NCBI GenBank assembly: GCA_963799845.1
Contig: CAWCYI010000004.1
Coordinates: 256,001 to 320,000 of the forward strand
Reading direction: 5' to 3'
Length of the DNA: 64,000 nucleotides
Source of the DNA: an uncultured Nitrososphaerota archaeon
Lineage (GTDB): Archaea; Thermoproteota; Nitrososphaeria; Nitrososphaerales; CADDZS01
The position numbers and the translations under genes were made by a program. Below are positions 52,374 through 61,868 of this stretch, one piece after another (positions within the stretch are counted from its first letter, which is position 1; each line of letters starts with the position of its first letter). Below the pieces are notes generated by a model, which saw only the letters and a program-made list of their open reading frames with translations, was not told where the DNA came from and ran no database searches.

Positions 52374-53336
52374 TCACGACATTGTCGTTCCTGCGTTACC
52401 ATCCAGTGCTTGCCTGCCTTGCTCCAGGGATGCAATTATCGCCTTCTCTCCCCCTGCTTCCAAAAAATTGATGGCGGCTTGAACTTTGGGTCCCATGCTC
52501 CCGGGAGGAAACTGCCCCTCTGTCAAGTATTTTCTTGCCTCCTCGATTGTTAGCGAATCAAGCTGCTTTTCATTAGTTTGACCATAATTTAGTGCAAGTT
52601 TCTCAACATCAGTCAGGATCAGTAGCACATCGACTTTCATCAACGAAGCAATCAAACTGGCGCTCAGGTCTTTATCGATCACTGCTTCAACTCCCACCAG
52701 GCTTCCGTCATCATTTCTTACCACTGGGATACCTCCTCCCCCTGAATGAATAATCATGAATCCTTCGTCGAACATTTTCCGAATTACCTTGAGTTCGACA
52801 ATCGATTTTGGTTTTGGTGATGGAACAACCCTGCGATACCCCTTGTTACTATCGTTCACGACGATCCACCCCTTCTCACTTGCGAGGTTTCTCGCCTCTG
52901 TTTCTGAATAGTAAGGGCCGATTGGTTTGGTCGGATTTGCAAATGCCGAGTCGTTCCTGTCTACTATTGTTTGCGTGAGGATCGTGACCATTGGAATGTC
53001 CAACCCCGCCTTCCTTAGTTCATTGTCTAGGGACTGTTGCAACATATAACCGATCATGCCCTGACTTTCTGCCCCACAAACATCGAGAGGCATTGGCGGG
53101 AGAACATTTTTCGCGAGATCGTCTCTTAGTAGGATATCTCCGACTTGGGGGCCGTTTCCGTGAGTGATTGTTAACAGTGCTCCGTGAAGAAACAAATCTA
53201 CAAGTTGAGAAGATGTGTGACGTATGTTGGCAAACTGCTGTTCGGAAGTTCCAGTTTCTTTCCGTTGAAGAATCGCGTTTCCCCCGAGAGCTACAAGAAC
53301 TTTCATCTGGCTAACCAAATCCTCACCTGAATACAA
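52374..53336 (-). CDS. arcC: Carbamate kinase (true start probably 53318 or 53306)
   Basis: ALGGNA, HGNGPQVG, PTKPIG, GGGGIPV, AVIDKD, GSMGPK. Confidence 0.97.
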   Translation of the reverse strand: MYSGEDLVSQMKVLVALGGNAILQRKETGTSEQQFANIRHTSSQLVDLFLHGALLTITHGNGPQVGDILLRDDLAKNVLPPMPLDVCGAESQGMIGYMLQQSLDNELRKAGLDIPMVTILTQTIVDRNDSAFANPTKPIGPYYSETEARNLASEKGWIVVNDSNKGYRRVVPSPKPKSIVELKVIRKMFDEGFMIIHSGGGGIPVVRNDDGSLVGVEAVIDKDLSASLIASLMKVDVLLILTDVEKLALNYGQTNEKQLDSLTIEEARKYLTEGQFPPGSMGPKVQAAINFLEAGGEKAIIASLEQGRQALDGNAGTTMS

Positions 53337-53366
53337 TTATAGTTTGGCAATTTAAGCTGAGAGAAC

Positions 53367-53384
53367 GTTTTCAAATTCGAAAAT
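53367..53384 (-). promoter_or_regulatory. Motif A site, arcC promoter
   Basis: ATTTTCG-AATT-TGAAAAC, then 11 nt, then TTAAATTG. Confidence 0.6.
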
Positions 53385-53432
53385 GACCGATCTCTGTTTC
53401 GATACTGATACCTCTTTATCTATAACCTCGAA

Positions 53433-53450
53433 ATTATCAAAATTGGCGAT
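53433..53450 (+). promoter_or_regulatory. Motif A site, CBS-HPF promoter
   Basis: ATTATCA-AAAT-TGGCGAT, then 11 nt, then CTTAAATA. Confidence 0.7.
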
Positions 53451-53493
53451 CATCCTCGTTTCTTAAATAGCTCAATCGGCAACTAATTCCAAA

Positions 53494-54648
53494 ATGTCCT
53501 ATTCACATTCAATCGATCATCTCAGAGTTTCAGATTTTGTTGAACCTGCTTCTATGTTTAATTCATCTGATTCTGTATCGCATTTGATCGGAACTTTGAA
53601 GAGATCCAAGGGGTATGAGGGTTTCGTCGAGGAAACCAGTCGGACTTGCACGATAACTCTCCGCGAAATTCTAGATGTTGAGAGCGCAGATACGACTAAG
53701 GTCTCCGCACTAATGCTTCCAGTACCGAGATTGAACGCAGGCGATTCGATTATCTTTGCAGCAAAACTGATGTTCGAAAACAAATTGAGGGCGCTCCCAG
53801 TCTACGAAAATGGGAAACTGCAGGGAAAAGTAACTTCGCCATCGATTGTCAGAAGAATGATAGAATCAAATCCTCCCGAAGAAACGCTCCCAAAGATTAT
53901 GACTCCGGGTCCTATTTGCCTTGTAGATTCGGATGCAATGTCGAAAGCGAGGAGTATAATGATAAGAAGAAAAATCGACCAGCTCCCGATTCTCAGAGCG
54001 GGAGAACTGAGCGGCGTAATAACCTCGGAAGATATCGTCTTCAGCTTTCTTTCTGCTCCGCTGGATAGAGATTCGAAGGGAGGGCGAGAAGACAGCCGAT
54101 TTAGTGCCCCGGTGTCAACTCTTGCCTCCGTCGAAACGACATCTAACGACATCAAGGACTCACTTTCAAATGTCGCTCAGGAGATGCTGAGGATGCGGAC
54201 GAACTATTCAGTAATATTGGGCGGTGGATCTGTCAAAGGCATAGTTACGTTTAGAGACTTTCTGAAGTTGCTGCCGATCAGTGGAGCAAATGAGGACGTA
54301 CCAGTCTCGATCATTGGACTGCCCGACAATCCACTAGAAGCAGAACTGGTCACGTCGAAATTCACCGCTTCGGTGCGCATGCTGCAGAGGATGGATCCCA
54401 CCGTGAGCGAGGTCAGAGCCGTAATCAAGAACAAGGAGGTTAATTCGAATACGATACTGCATCAGGTACAGGTCTTCATCGACAGTTCAAAGTGGCACGA
54501 AAGCTATGAAGCTTCCGGGTACGACATCTCGAAAGTATTCGCCGAGATTGATACATGGATTAAGCGAATAGCCTCAAAGCATGACTTCAAACCTGACCGG
54601 GAAAGAATGTCATTCAAGACTGTCAGGCACTCTGACGGAAACGTCTAA
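53494..54648 (+). CDS. Four CBS domains plus a C-terminal HPF/RaiA-like domain (Hib-type ribosome hibernation factor candidate)
   Basis: CBS motifs LPV/GVITSED/GIVTFRD; C-terminal beta-alpha-beta-beta-beta-alpha pattern VSIIG...EVRAVIK...QVQVFI...ASGYDISKVF. Confidence 0.75.
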   Translation: MSYSHSIDHLRVSDFVEPASMFNSSDSVSHLIGTLKRSKGYEGFVEETSRTCTITLREILDVESADTTKVSALMLPVPRLNAGDSIIFAAKLMFENKLRALPVYENGKLQGKVTSPSIVRRMIESNPPEETLPKIMTPGPICLVDSDAMSKARSIMIRRKIDQLPILRAGELSGVITSEDIVFSFLSAPLDRDSKGGREDSRFSAPVSTLASVETTSNDIKDSLSNVAQEMLRMRTNYSVILGGGSVKGIVTFRDFLKLLPISGANEDVPVSIIGLPDNPLEAELVTSKFTASVRMLQRMDPTVSEVRAVIKNKEVNSNTILHQVQVFIDSSKWHESYEASGYDISKVFAEIDTWIKRIASKHDFKPDRERMSFKTVRHSDGNV

Positions 54649-56561
54649 TCCCGGATCATACCTTCTCTTCGGAAGTTCCGGGTCTGATCAAATATTCCGT
54701 ACTGCTCGGTAAATTCTCTGAATATCTGTCGTTTCTTCAGCTGATGTTTCTCTTCCGTAGCCAGTAAGTTCGCCAATGTTCTTGTGGCATCCAAAATATG
54801 TGGACCCTTGTTCAGCATGACGCACTCTGCCCGAATTCCCATTACTGCATCGGTTATCTCTGCCCTTGAAGGCAATCCACTTTTCGCCATGGTCTCCAAG
54901 ACCTGAGTTGCAAAGATAACTGGAATGTGAGATGCTTCACACATACAAAGAATGTCTTCTTGGACGAAAGCAAGATTTTCAAATCCGACCTCAACTGCCA
55001 GATCTCCTCTTGCGATCAAGATTCCGAATTTCGGAAGGTTCAGTCCAGCCAGTAGAATTTCTCCGAGCTTGTGTACAGCTTCTCTGGTTTCTATTTTCGC
55101 GATGATTCCGAAATCGTCGTGACCCAATTTCTTGAGCGCCTCGTGTAAAGAATGCAAGTCCTCGGCGCGATGAACGAAAGATAGTCCAACTGCGGTTGCA
55201 TGAGAGGTAATGAAGTCCAGATTATTCTCGTCCTCGGGTGTAAGAGCTGGAATTATGATTGATGAATCAGGAAAGTTCAGCCCCTTCTCCGACTTGATTC
55301 CCGCCGTGCCTTCAGTCGGAGAAAGAATTTCAAGCTCCAAGAACTCGTCGTTTATTTTCCGAATGATACAACCGATCTTTCCATCGTCAATGAAGACACG
55401 TTCCCCGATTTTTGCAAAGTCTAACGCCCTTGGCAACGTACAGCTGATCCCTGCTGGTTCCTCATTTGTCTCAGGGGTACCTAGCCGTGTTGGATCTCGA
55501 AAGAGATTCAATTTGTCTCCAGTCTTCACCTGAATTTCTACGGGCTGCGGCTTCATTGCCCCAGTAGTCAGTTTAATCCCGCTTTCTGATTCAATTGAAA
55601 TTCCTTCTTCCAGATATGCTGTTCTGGCTAAACCTACTCTGATTTTAGTCGGAGTTACCTTCTGAAGGACGACGAAAATTCTTTGTCGATCTCGCGCGTC
55701 GTTGAACTTTAGCCTCTCACCCACTTTCAGGTTCGAAATATTGGGATGATCCTTCAAGGCTATCGTAAACCCGGGCATCATCCCGGTCAGGTTTTGCTTT
55801 TCGGTCAGTGTTGCATCGCAATCCAACAATCCCTCCAGCAGTCTCGAAGTCTTTCCCGCGAAGTCCTTAGGGACTGAGAGTTTTAGAGGCCGTTCTACAA
55901 GCGCAAGAGGGCCCGTTCGAATCTTCGGGCCGGCAAGATCCATCAGAATTCGACAAGTCCTTCCGATCCCTTTTCCTCGTTGTACCAATCTCTCTTCGGC
56001 CGTCCTGATTGAGTTGATCAACATCAACCATTCACTTTCGGAATCGTGGGCGCAGTTAATTCGAGCGATGTCCATTCCTGAGAGCAACAACTGCTCTAAC
56101 AGTTCAGGTTGGTAAATGTACGGGGAATCGAGGGTCACCATTATTCGAGTCTTCCTTCCATCACGTGGTCGACCGAGAAGCTGTTTGCTTCGTTCTTCGA
56201 GAAGGGAATTCGCGAGAGAAAACGTGGTCTTATGAAGAGAAGTCTTGGTCGGAGGTATCCCTAGGTTTCCAAGCACCTTCACTATGTTTGATAAAGTGTC
56301 TCCTTCCAATCTTCCAAGAGAGGACAGTCCTAGATTTGAGAGTGATATTTGAAGCAGCGAAAGGTCATGCTCTCGTAGGGCAAGATACAACAGAAAGTTG
56401 TCTCGACTGTATTCATTCTGCGGAGAAAACACGGGAAATCTCGGAGCAACAGTTTCAGATTTTCTCAAAATTTCCGAGTATAGATCGTAGAGTTGTTTTC
56501 CAACCTTAACTCGATCTGGATCGTCTCTTTCCACAACAAGAGGAACTTGACTGTCTACCAT
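54645..56561 (-). CDS. pyk: Pyruvate kinase, long form with expanded B domain
   Basis: RIMVT, ARINCAH, DLAGPKIR, AKIE, ARGDL, ATQ, CVMLNKG. Confidence 0.95.
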   Translation of the reverse strand: MVDSQVPLVVERDDPDRVKVGKQLYDLYSEILRKSETVAPRFPVFSPQNEYSRDNFLLYLALREHDLSLLQISLSNLGLSSLGRLEGDTLSNIVKVLGNLGIPPTKTSLHKTTFSLANSLLEERSKQLLGRPRDGRKTRIMVTLDSPYIYQPELLEQLLLSGMDIARINCAHDSESEWLMLINSIRTAEERLVQRGKGIGRTCRILMDLAGPKIRTGPLALVERPLKLSVPKDFAGKTSRLLEGLLDCDATLTEKQNLTGMMPGFTIALKDHPNISNLKVGERLKFNDARDRQRIFVVLQKVTPTKIRVGLARTAYLEEGISIESESGIKLTTGAMKPQPVEIQVKTGDKLNLFRDPTRLGTPETNEEPAGISCTLPRALDFAKIGERVFIDDGKIGCIIRKINDEFLELEILSPTEGTAGIKSEKGLNFPDSSIIIPALTPEDENNLDFITSHATAVGLSFVHRAEDLHSLHEALKKLGHDDFGIIAKIETREAVHKLGEILLAGLNLPKFGILIARGDLAVEVGFENLAFVQEDILCMCEASHIPVIFATQVLETMAKSGLPSRAEITDAVMGIRAECVMLNKGPHILDATRTLANLLATEEKHQLKKRQIFREFTEQYGIFDQTRNFRREGMIRD

Positions 56562-56643
56562 TCTCTAAGTCTCATCTGGGACTGAAAAATATACTAAAAA
56601 TTATTATTTTTTCGGCTCTCTTCCACCTAAAAAGATGACCTCG

Positions 56644-56661
56644 ATTTTCAAAAACAGTAAT
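56644..56661 (-). promoter_or_regulatory. Motif A site, pyk promoter
   Basis: ATTACTG-TTTT-TGAAAAT, then 11 nt, then TTTTAGG. Confidence 0.55.
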
Positions 56662-56671
56662 CACCCGAATA

Positions 56672-56689
56672 ATTCTCAGTGTTGGGAAT
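56672..56689 (+). promoter_or_regulatory. Motif A site, permease-arcB-arcA operon promoter
   Basis: ATTCTCA-GTGT-TGGGAAT, then cgtctccatgg, then ATAAATAT. Confidence 0.75.
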
Positions 56690-56744
56690 CGTCTCCATGG
56701 ATAAATATCGTCAGAGTGGTCTTTCAAAGTCAGGTCACTGAGAA

Positions 56745-58334
56745 ATGCAGTCAAGTCAGAGCCACAAAGAGGAAGACAAACCTGCGCTGAAGAAGGAACT
56801 TGGTCTCTGGAGCCTCGTGGGCCTGGGCGCTGGCGGTATCATCGGATCTGGGATATTTGGGCTGATAGCCGCTTATGGTGCAGACGCAGGACCTGCGCTG
56901 ACTTTGGCCATCGTCTTTGTCGGGATCATCATGACCATACTTGCGCTAATCTATGCGGAGTTAGGCTCAAGGTTCCCACTTACGGGAGGTCCCTACTCAA
57001 TCCCAAGACTTGCACTGGGTAATTCTGCGGGCTACCTCATCGGCTGGGGATACTTCATTTACGCTTTCACCGGCACTGCCGCGATTATAGATGTCTTTGT
57101 AACCTATCTCGGTTTCTATGTACCCGGCCTCGCTGTCGGTCTGACACTTACCCCTCTCGGGATAGCGATCTCTCTGGTGGCGCTGGTCGTCTTTACCGTA
57201 ATCAACGTCCTGGGAGTCAAGTGGGGTGGACTATTTAGTATAGTGACCACAGTCACGAAGCTGATTCCACTAATTCTTTTTGCGGCCGTGGGCTTGTTTT
57301 ACTTGAATTTCGGAAATTTCACGCCGTTCATGCCCTTCGGCTGGACTGGGATCGCTGTGGCGATGGCTCTCGCTGTGTTCATGTTCACGGGCTTCGAGGG
57401 TGTCGTCATTCCGAGCGGCGAGGTAAAGAATTCATCCAAGACTATTCCACGCGCCATGATAATCACGATGGCAATAGTCGTCGTAGTCTATGTGCTAATT
57501 GGGGTGGCTTTCGTCGGCATGATCAATTGGTCGGGCCTCGGTATTCATGTGGGTGACTGGTCCTATAGCACAGGCATAGGGAGCCTATCTTCACCGCTCT
57601 CTGATGTCGCGAAGGGTGCGGGCTACGGAATACTTGCGGCTGTGGTGACCATTGGCGCAATCATCAGCACGGCAGGAGCTGGTAGCGACTGGGTCCTTTT
57701 CCAGGGTCGGATCCCATATGCGATGGCCGACGACGGGCTCTTCCCCAAGGTCATGGACAGGGTCAATAGCAAATATCGTACTCCCGCTCTTTCGATTATC
57801 TTTGCCGCGATCCTGACCGGAATAATCCAGGTGCTCTTTCCGTTCTTCCCAAACGTTGTGCTACTCGCATCAATCACGACCCTCATCCCATACGCAGCCG
57901 CTTCGGTATCGCTCGCAATCTTGAGAAAGAGCCCTCAGTCAGGAGTCGCGGATCACTTCAGACTCCCTGCAGGCATGATATTCGCCTTCCTAGGGTTCGT
58001 CTTATCAAGCGTGCTGATCTACTGGGCTACCTGGCCACTGACACTAGTGGGAGTGATTTTGACACTCATCGGGTTTCCCCTCTATTTGTTCACGAAGAAC
58101 AAGAAGATGGAGTGGCGCAGGCAGGTATGGTTGTGGGTTTACGTATTGGGGCTGACAGTGATATCGTTCATCGGAGATACGAACTTCGTCACTTCAGGCA
58201 TCCTGCCTATTCCAGGCCCGCTTGGGTACCTACCTTTACCGTACGACATAGTGGCCGTAGAGGTGTTTTCAGCGTTGATATTCTTCTGGGCTTACAAGGC
58301 CAATGTAGGAAAGGTCGTTGAGCTAAAAGCATGA
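56745..58334 (+). CDS. APC-family amino acid permease; probable arginine/ornithine antiporter by context
   Basis: IIGSGIF, YAELG, F.F.GFE; first gene of the arc operon. Confidence 0.92.
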   Translation: MQSSQSHKEEDKPALKKELGLWSLVGLGAGGIIGSGIFGLIAAYGADAGPALTLAIVFVGIIMTILALIYAELGSRFPLTGGPYSIPRLALGNSAGYLIGWGYFIYAFTGTAAIIDVFVTYLGFYVPGLAVGLTLTPLGIAISLVALVVFTVINVLGVKWGGLFSIVTTVTKLIPLILFAAVGLFYLNFGNFTPFMPFGWTGIAVAMALAVFMFTGFEGVVIPSGEVKNSSKTIPRAMIITMAIVVVVYVLIGVAFVGMINWSGLGIHVGDWSYSTGIGSLSSPLSDVAKGAGYGILAAVVTIGAIISTAGAGSDWVLFQGRIPYAMADDGLFPKVMDRVNSKYRTPALSIIFAAILTGIIQVLFPFFPNVVLLASITTLIPYAAASVSLAILRKSPQSGVADHFRLPAGMIFAFLGFVLSSVLIYWATWPLTLVGVILTLIGFPLYLFTKNKKMEWRRQVWLWVYVLGLTVISFIGDTNFVTSGILPIPGPLGYLPLPYDIVAVEVFSALIFFWAYKANVGKVVELKA

Positions 58335-58468
58335 TAAGAAGCCTTCCGCTCGGCGACTCTGCATCCTTCCTCCTTGAATCGATTCTTAGACGAGCCGCCA
58401 AACTGAACAAAGAAATAAAGCAGGAAATGGAGCTCGATTTGTTGAATCGAATGGTGGTCAGTGTATGA
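58331..58468 (+). CDS. 45-aa ORF resembling the N-terminus of the downstream OTCase
   Basis: ATGA overlaps at both ends; 13/45 identities with ArcB aa 1-46 by manual alignment. Confidence 0.65.
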   Translation: MIRSLPLGDSASFLLESILRRAAKLNKEIKQEMELDLLNRMVVSV

Positions 58469-59388
58469 CTCGATCGTTCCTTTCAGTTTCAGATATCTCT
58501 GCCGTGGAAATGGACGTGATACTAACGCGGACCAGGAGCATCAAGGCGAGCATCAAATCAAGGGAGAAGATTGCAACTCTCGCGGATTACGTTGTATGTC
58601 TTCTGTTCGAAAAGCCCTCAACTAGAACGAGCGCGGCTTTCGAAGTTGCGACCCTCCGGCTTGGGGGCAATCCGCTTTACTTTTCGTCGCAAGAACTTCA
58701 ACTAAGCAGGGGCGAGCCCGTCAAGGACACAGCTAGAGTACTAGGTTCAGATATGGACGGGATAGTGGCGAGAGTATTCGCTCACGATACCGTCAATCAG
58801 CTGTCGATGTATTCTGGGATTCCGGTAATAAACGGTCTGAGCGATTTAGAACACCCGACACAGATCGTATCGGACTTCTTCACCATTCAGGAGGTCAAGG
58901 GCAAGTTGAAAGGATTGAAAATGGCCTACATAGGAGATGGTGACAACGTCTGTAATTCTCTGCTTCTCGGGGCGGCCATGGTCGGAATGAACTTGTCGGT
59001 TGCCTGCCCTATAGGATACGAGCCAAATAGCGAGATCCTGGAAAGAGCTTTGGTGGATGCCAAGATTACAGGATCATCATTAGTTGTCACAAACAGCCCG
59101 AGTGAAGTAGTCAGGGACGCTGATGTCCTCTATACCGATGTCTGGGTGAGCATGGGAGAGGAGGCAGAGCAGGAAAAGCGAATGAAAGCCTTTGTGGGAT
59201 ACCAGATCAACTCTCAACTAATGAAACTGGCGAAAGGCAACGCAGTTGTGATGCACTGTCTCCCGGCACACAGAGGCCTTGAAATCACTGATGACATTAT
59301 CGAGGGAGCCCAGTCAATTGTGTGGCAGCAGGCGGGCAACAAACTTCCCGGCGCTGCTAGCGTTCTAGAATTTTTCCTGAGAAAATAA
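58465..59388 (+). CDS. arcB: Ornithine carbamoyltransferase (catabolic by context)
   Basis: STRT, HPTQ, WVSMG, HCLP. Confidence 0.95.
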   Translation: MTRSFLSVSDISAVEMDVILTRTRSIKASIKSREKIATLADYVVCLLFEKPSTRTSAAFEVATLRLGGNPLYFSSQELQLSRGEPVKDTARVLGSDMDGIVARVFAHDTVNQLSMYSGIPVINGLSDLEHPTQIVSDFFTIQEVKGKLKGLKMAYIGDGDNVCNSLLLGAAMVGMNLSVACPIGYEPNSEILERALVDAKITGSSLVVTNSPSEVVRDADVLYTDVWVSMGEEAEQEKRMKAFVGYQINSQLMKLAKGNAVVMHCLPAHRGLEITDDIIEGAQSIVWQQAGNKLPGAASVLEFFLRK

Positions 59389-59392
59389 ATAA

Positions 59393-60709
59393 GTGAAAAG
59401 GAAATTGGTAGCAAAAATTAGGGCGGAGTTCGATCGACTGAGACGAGTGGCGATTCACAGGCCGGGAATCGAAATGTTCTTCGGCTTGCTGGCGCCAGAA
59501 GCGTCTCTTTACGAGAGAGTGTTCAACAGGTACGGGGCAAGAATGGAGCATGAAAGGCTCGAATATACGCTCAGGCACGAATTCGGAATTGAAGTTTTTC
59601 GAATCAAGGAAAGATTGCTCGAGCTGGCGGACAAAAAACCGGAAATCAGGGACAAATTAGTTGTCGCCGGCCTGAACGATCTCAAGTTCACCGGAGACGA
59701 AAAAACAGTAGCCGAAGCAAAAAAAGAAGTTCAAGAAGGATCTGCAATGTACGACGGTGGCCACTTTTTCAATCTGCTTTTACTCCACCCGACATTGGAC
59801 CTTGAAAAAGGAGGAAAGGCGGCCAGGGCAATTCATCTGGGTGTCACCGAAAATGATCCTCTTGCAAACCTCTATTTCATGAGAGACCAACAGGCTGTAA
59901 CTGACAAAGGGATCTTCCTATCGCGAATGTCGAAACCCCAAAGAGCAGGGGAACCTTCCCTGACCAAGTTCGTATGGCAGGCGTTGGGAGAGCAGATAAT
60001 TCACGAAACCCAATCCCCTGGGACCTTTGAAGGCGGGGATTTCATTCCCATGAAAGATTTCGCCCTCGTCGGCTTCGGAGATAGAACCAACAGAAGCGGA
60101 GTTGATCAGATGCTTGAATTTGGTTTAAATTTTGATGAAGTGGCGGTGGTCCATCAACCCAGCCACCCCCTGATACCCGGAGACGAGATTGATCCGATGA
60201 TCGACATGCACGTCGACACCTACTTTAACATCGCAGGCAGTGGAGTCGCAGTAGGATCTGAACTGTTACTGAAACGGGCTAAAGTCGAAATTTACGACCA
60301 CGAAGGTGAGAATGTTTACAAGAAATCTGAACGCGAAACAAACCTGCATGATTACATCACGAAGAAAGGTTTTGACATCATAAATCTAACCACACTCGAA
60401 CAGCTATGCTATGCTTCAAATTTTCTATGCATAAAAGACGGGCAGATTTTGGCAATTGAAGTTGAAAGAGAAGTAAAAAATGTCCTCAAGACCCTTGCCT
60501 CGCAGGCTGAAGAGAACCCACATCGCTATGGTAGGCTCCTTGACCAAGCCCGAAAGGATTACCAGGACCTTCAGGATTTAGGCGGTTTCTTTCCTCACAA
60601 GAAGGAGATTTACCAACACGGAATAGATGCGTATGCGATCGTCATGACAAACCTGACCGGCGGATATGGGGGAGCGCACTGCATGACGGCGGTGCTAGAA
60701 AGAAATTAG
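59393..60709 (+). CDS. arcA: Arginine deiminase
   Basis: NLYFMRD, EGGD, MHVDT, GYGGAHCMT. Confidence 0.93.
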   Translation: MKRKLVAKIRAEFDRLRRVAIHRPGIEMFFGLLAPEASLYERVFNRYGARMEHERLEYTLRHEFGIEVFRIKERLLELADKKPEIRDKLVVAGLNDLKFTGDEKTVAEAKKEVQEGSAMYDGGHFFNLLLLHPTLDLEKGGKAARAIHLGVTENDPLANLYFMRDQQAVTDKGIFLSRMSKPQRAGEPSLTKFVWQALGEQIIHETQSPGTFEGGDFIPMKDFALVGFGDRTNRSGVDQMLEFGLNFDEVAVVHQPSHPLIPGDEIDPMIDMHVDTYFNIAGSGVAVGSELLLKRAKVEIYDHEGENVYKKSERETNLHDYITKKGFDIINLTTLEQLCYASNFLCIKDGQILAIEVEREVKNVLKTLASQAEENPHRYGRLLDQARKDYQDLQDLGGFFPHKKEIYQHGIDAYAIVMTNLTGGYGGAHCMTAVLERN

Positions 60710-60719
60710 CCCCAAGACG

Positions 60720-61196
60720 CTACCTTACGACAAGTACTGAACAGTGCGCATGGGCAATTATCGCGTTAGATACGCTGCCAAGCAGCAGTTTCTTGAAACC
60801 GCCTAAGCCTCTCGTTCCGACAATGAGCAGATTGATTTTCTCATTGGAAGCCTCTTCCAAGATCGTCTCGGCAACAGAGGTAACTGTCCTCAAAACAATC
60901 CCTCTTGCGTTGACGGATTCGTTCTTCGCATCCGCTACAGCGTCATTTACCAATTTCTTCGCGTCATTCTCTGCAAGCTCCAGATAGTTCGAATAATCGA
61001 CTGCAGGAACATTCACTCCGATCGGAGAGAAAACCGGAGGAACCATTTCCGCAACCACGTTCAAGATCAGCAGTTCCGATTGAAACTGCTTTGCAATACT
61101 AATAGCTGCCTTTGCTGCCCTTGTCGCATTTTCCGATCCGTCGATTGAAACGAGGATCTTGCTCAACGGCAATAAATGTGATGATTCGTCTGACAT
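60720..61196 (-). CDS. Universal stress protein
   Basis: ILVSIDGS, GTRGLGG....LGSVS. Confidence 0.95.
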   Translation of the reverse strand: MSDESSHLLPLSKILVSIDGSENATRAAKAAISIAKQFQSELLILNVVAEMVPPVFSPIGVNVPAVDYSNYLELAENDAKKLVNDAVADAKNESVNARGIVLRTVTSVAETILEEASNEKINLLIVGTRGLGGFKKLLLGSVSNAIIAHAHCSVLVVR

Positions 61197-61245
61197 CTGA
61201 TTTCAACAATACATTCGCATTCAAGTTAATTAAATAATCCACAGG

Positions 61246-61263
61246 ATCTCCATGATTGAAAAC
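61246..61263 (-). promoter_or_regulatory. Motif A site, USP promoter
   Basis: GTTTTCA-ATCA-TGGAGAT, then 11 nt, then TTTAATTA. Confidence 0.7.
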
Positions 61264-61370
61264 AAGTGGATACGGAACGGATATGAATCTGGAGCTTGCT
61301 CTTCGCGCTAGATCATGACGAAATTGTCGAGTTTTTTGTTCATCGCCCTTGTTCTTGCGGTAAGCGACGA

Positions 61371-61826
61371 TTAAAGAATAGGAGCTATTTTCTGGAGAGC
61401 TGAGGTACCGATCGCTGCCGACTCTTGCAATTTTTCAGGGATTGCTTGGCTAGCTTCTTTCGGTCTCAATGTTGACCAGATGTCACTCAACTTATCCGCT
61501 GGATCTCTATTGGAAACAAGATCTACCTTCAGTTCTCCTGATTCTAGCTGAATAGTCGCGTTCCTGAATGACGACTTGTAACACACGAATTTCTTACCGT
61601 CATCATGAATTATTGTTCTATCCGGTCTGACGATACCGTATTCCAGCATCTCGTGAATCCTTCGATAACAAGTGCTGACAGGAATGTGCTGTTCTTTGCT
61701 GATCTCCTCGATTGGAAGGGAATTTGAGATGATCGTAAGAACAATTTTTCGAGAATATTCGTCCGCGAGTACCTTTATGACTTCAAGGGCCTTTTCCTCG
61801 TCAGAGACGAGCAATGAATGATTCAC
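61371..61826 (-). CDS. ArsR-like winged-HTH regulator, paralogue of 48531..48887
   Basis: LADEYSRKI, IPVSTCYRRI, DDGKKF..Y.SSFR. Confidence 0.9.
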   Translation of the reverse strand: MNHSLLVSDEEKALEVIKVLADEYSRKIVLTIISNSLPIEEISKEQHIPVSTCYRRIHEMLEYGIVRPDRTIIHDDGKKFVCYKSSFRNATIQLESGELKVDLVSNRDPADKLSDIWSTLRPKEASQAIPEKLQESAAIGTSALQKIAPIL

Positions 61827-61868
61827 TTCCTGTGACTCACATATGGATTCTGCTCGTTATTGGATATA

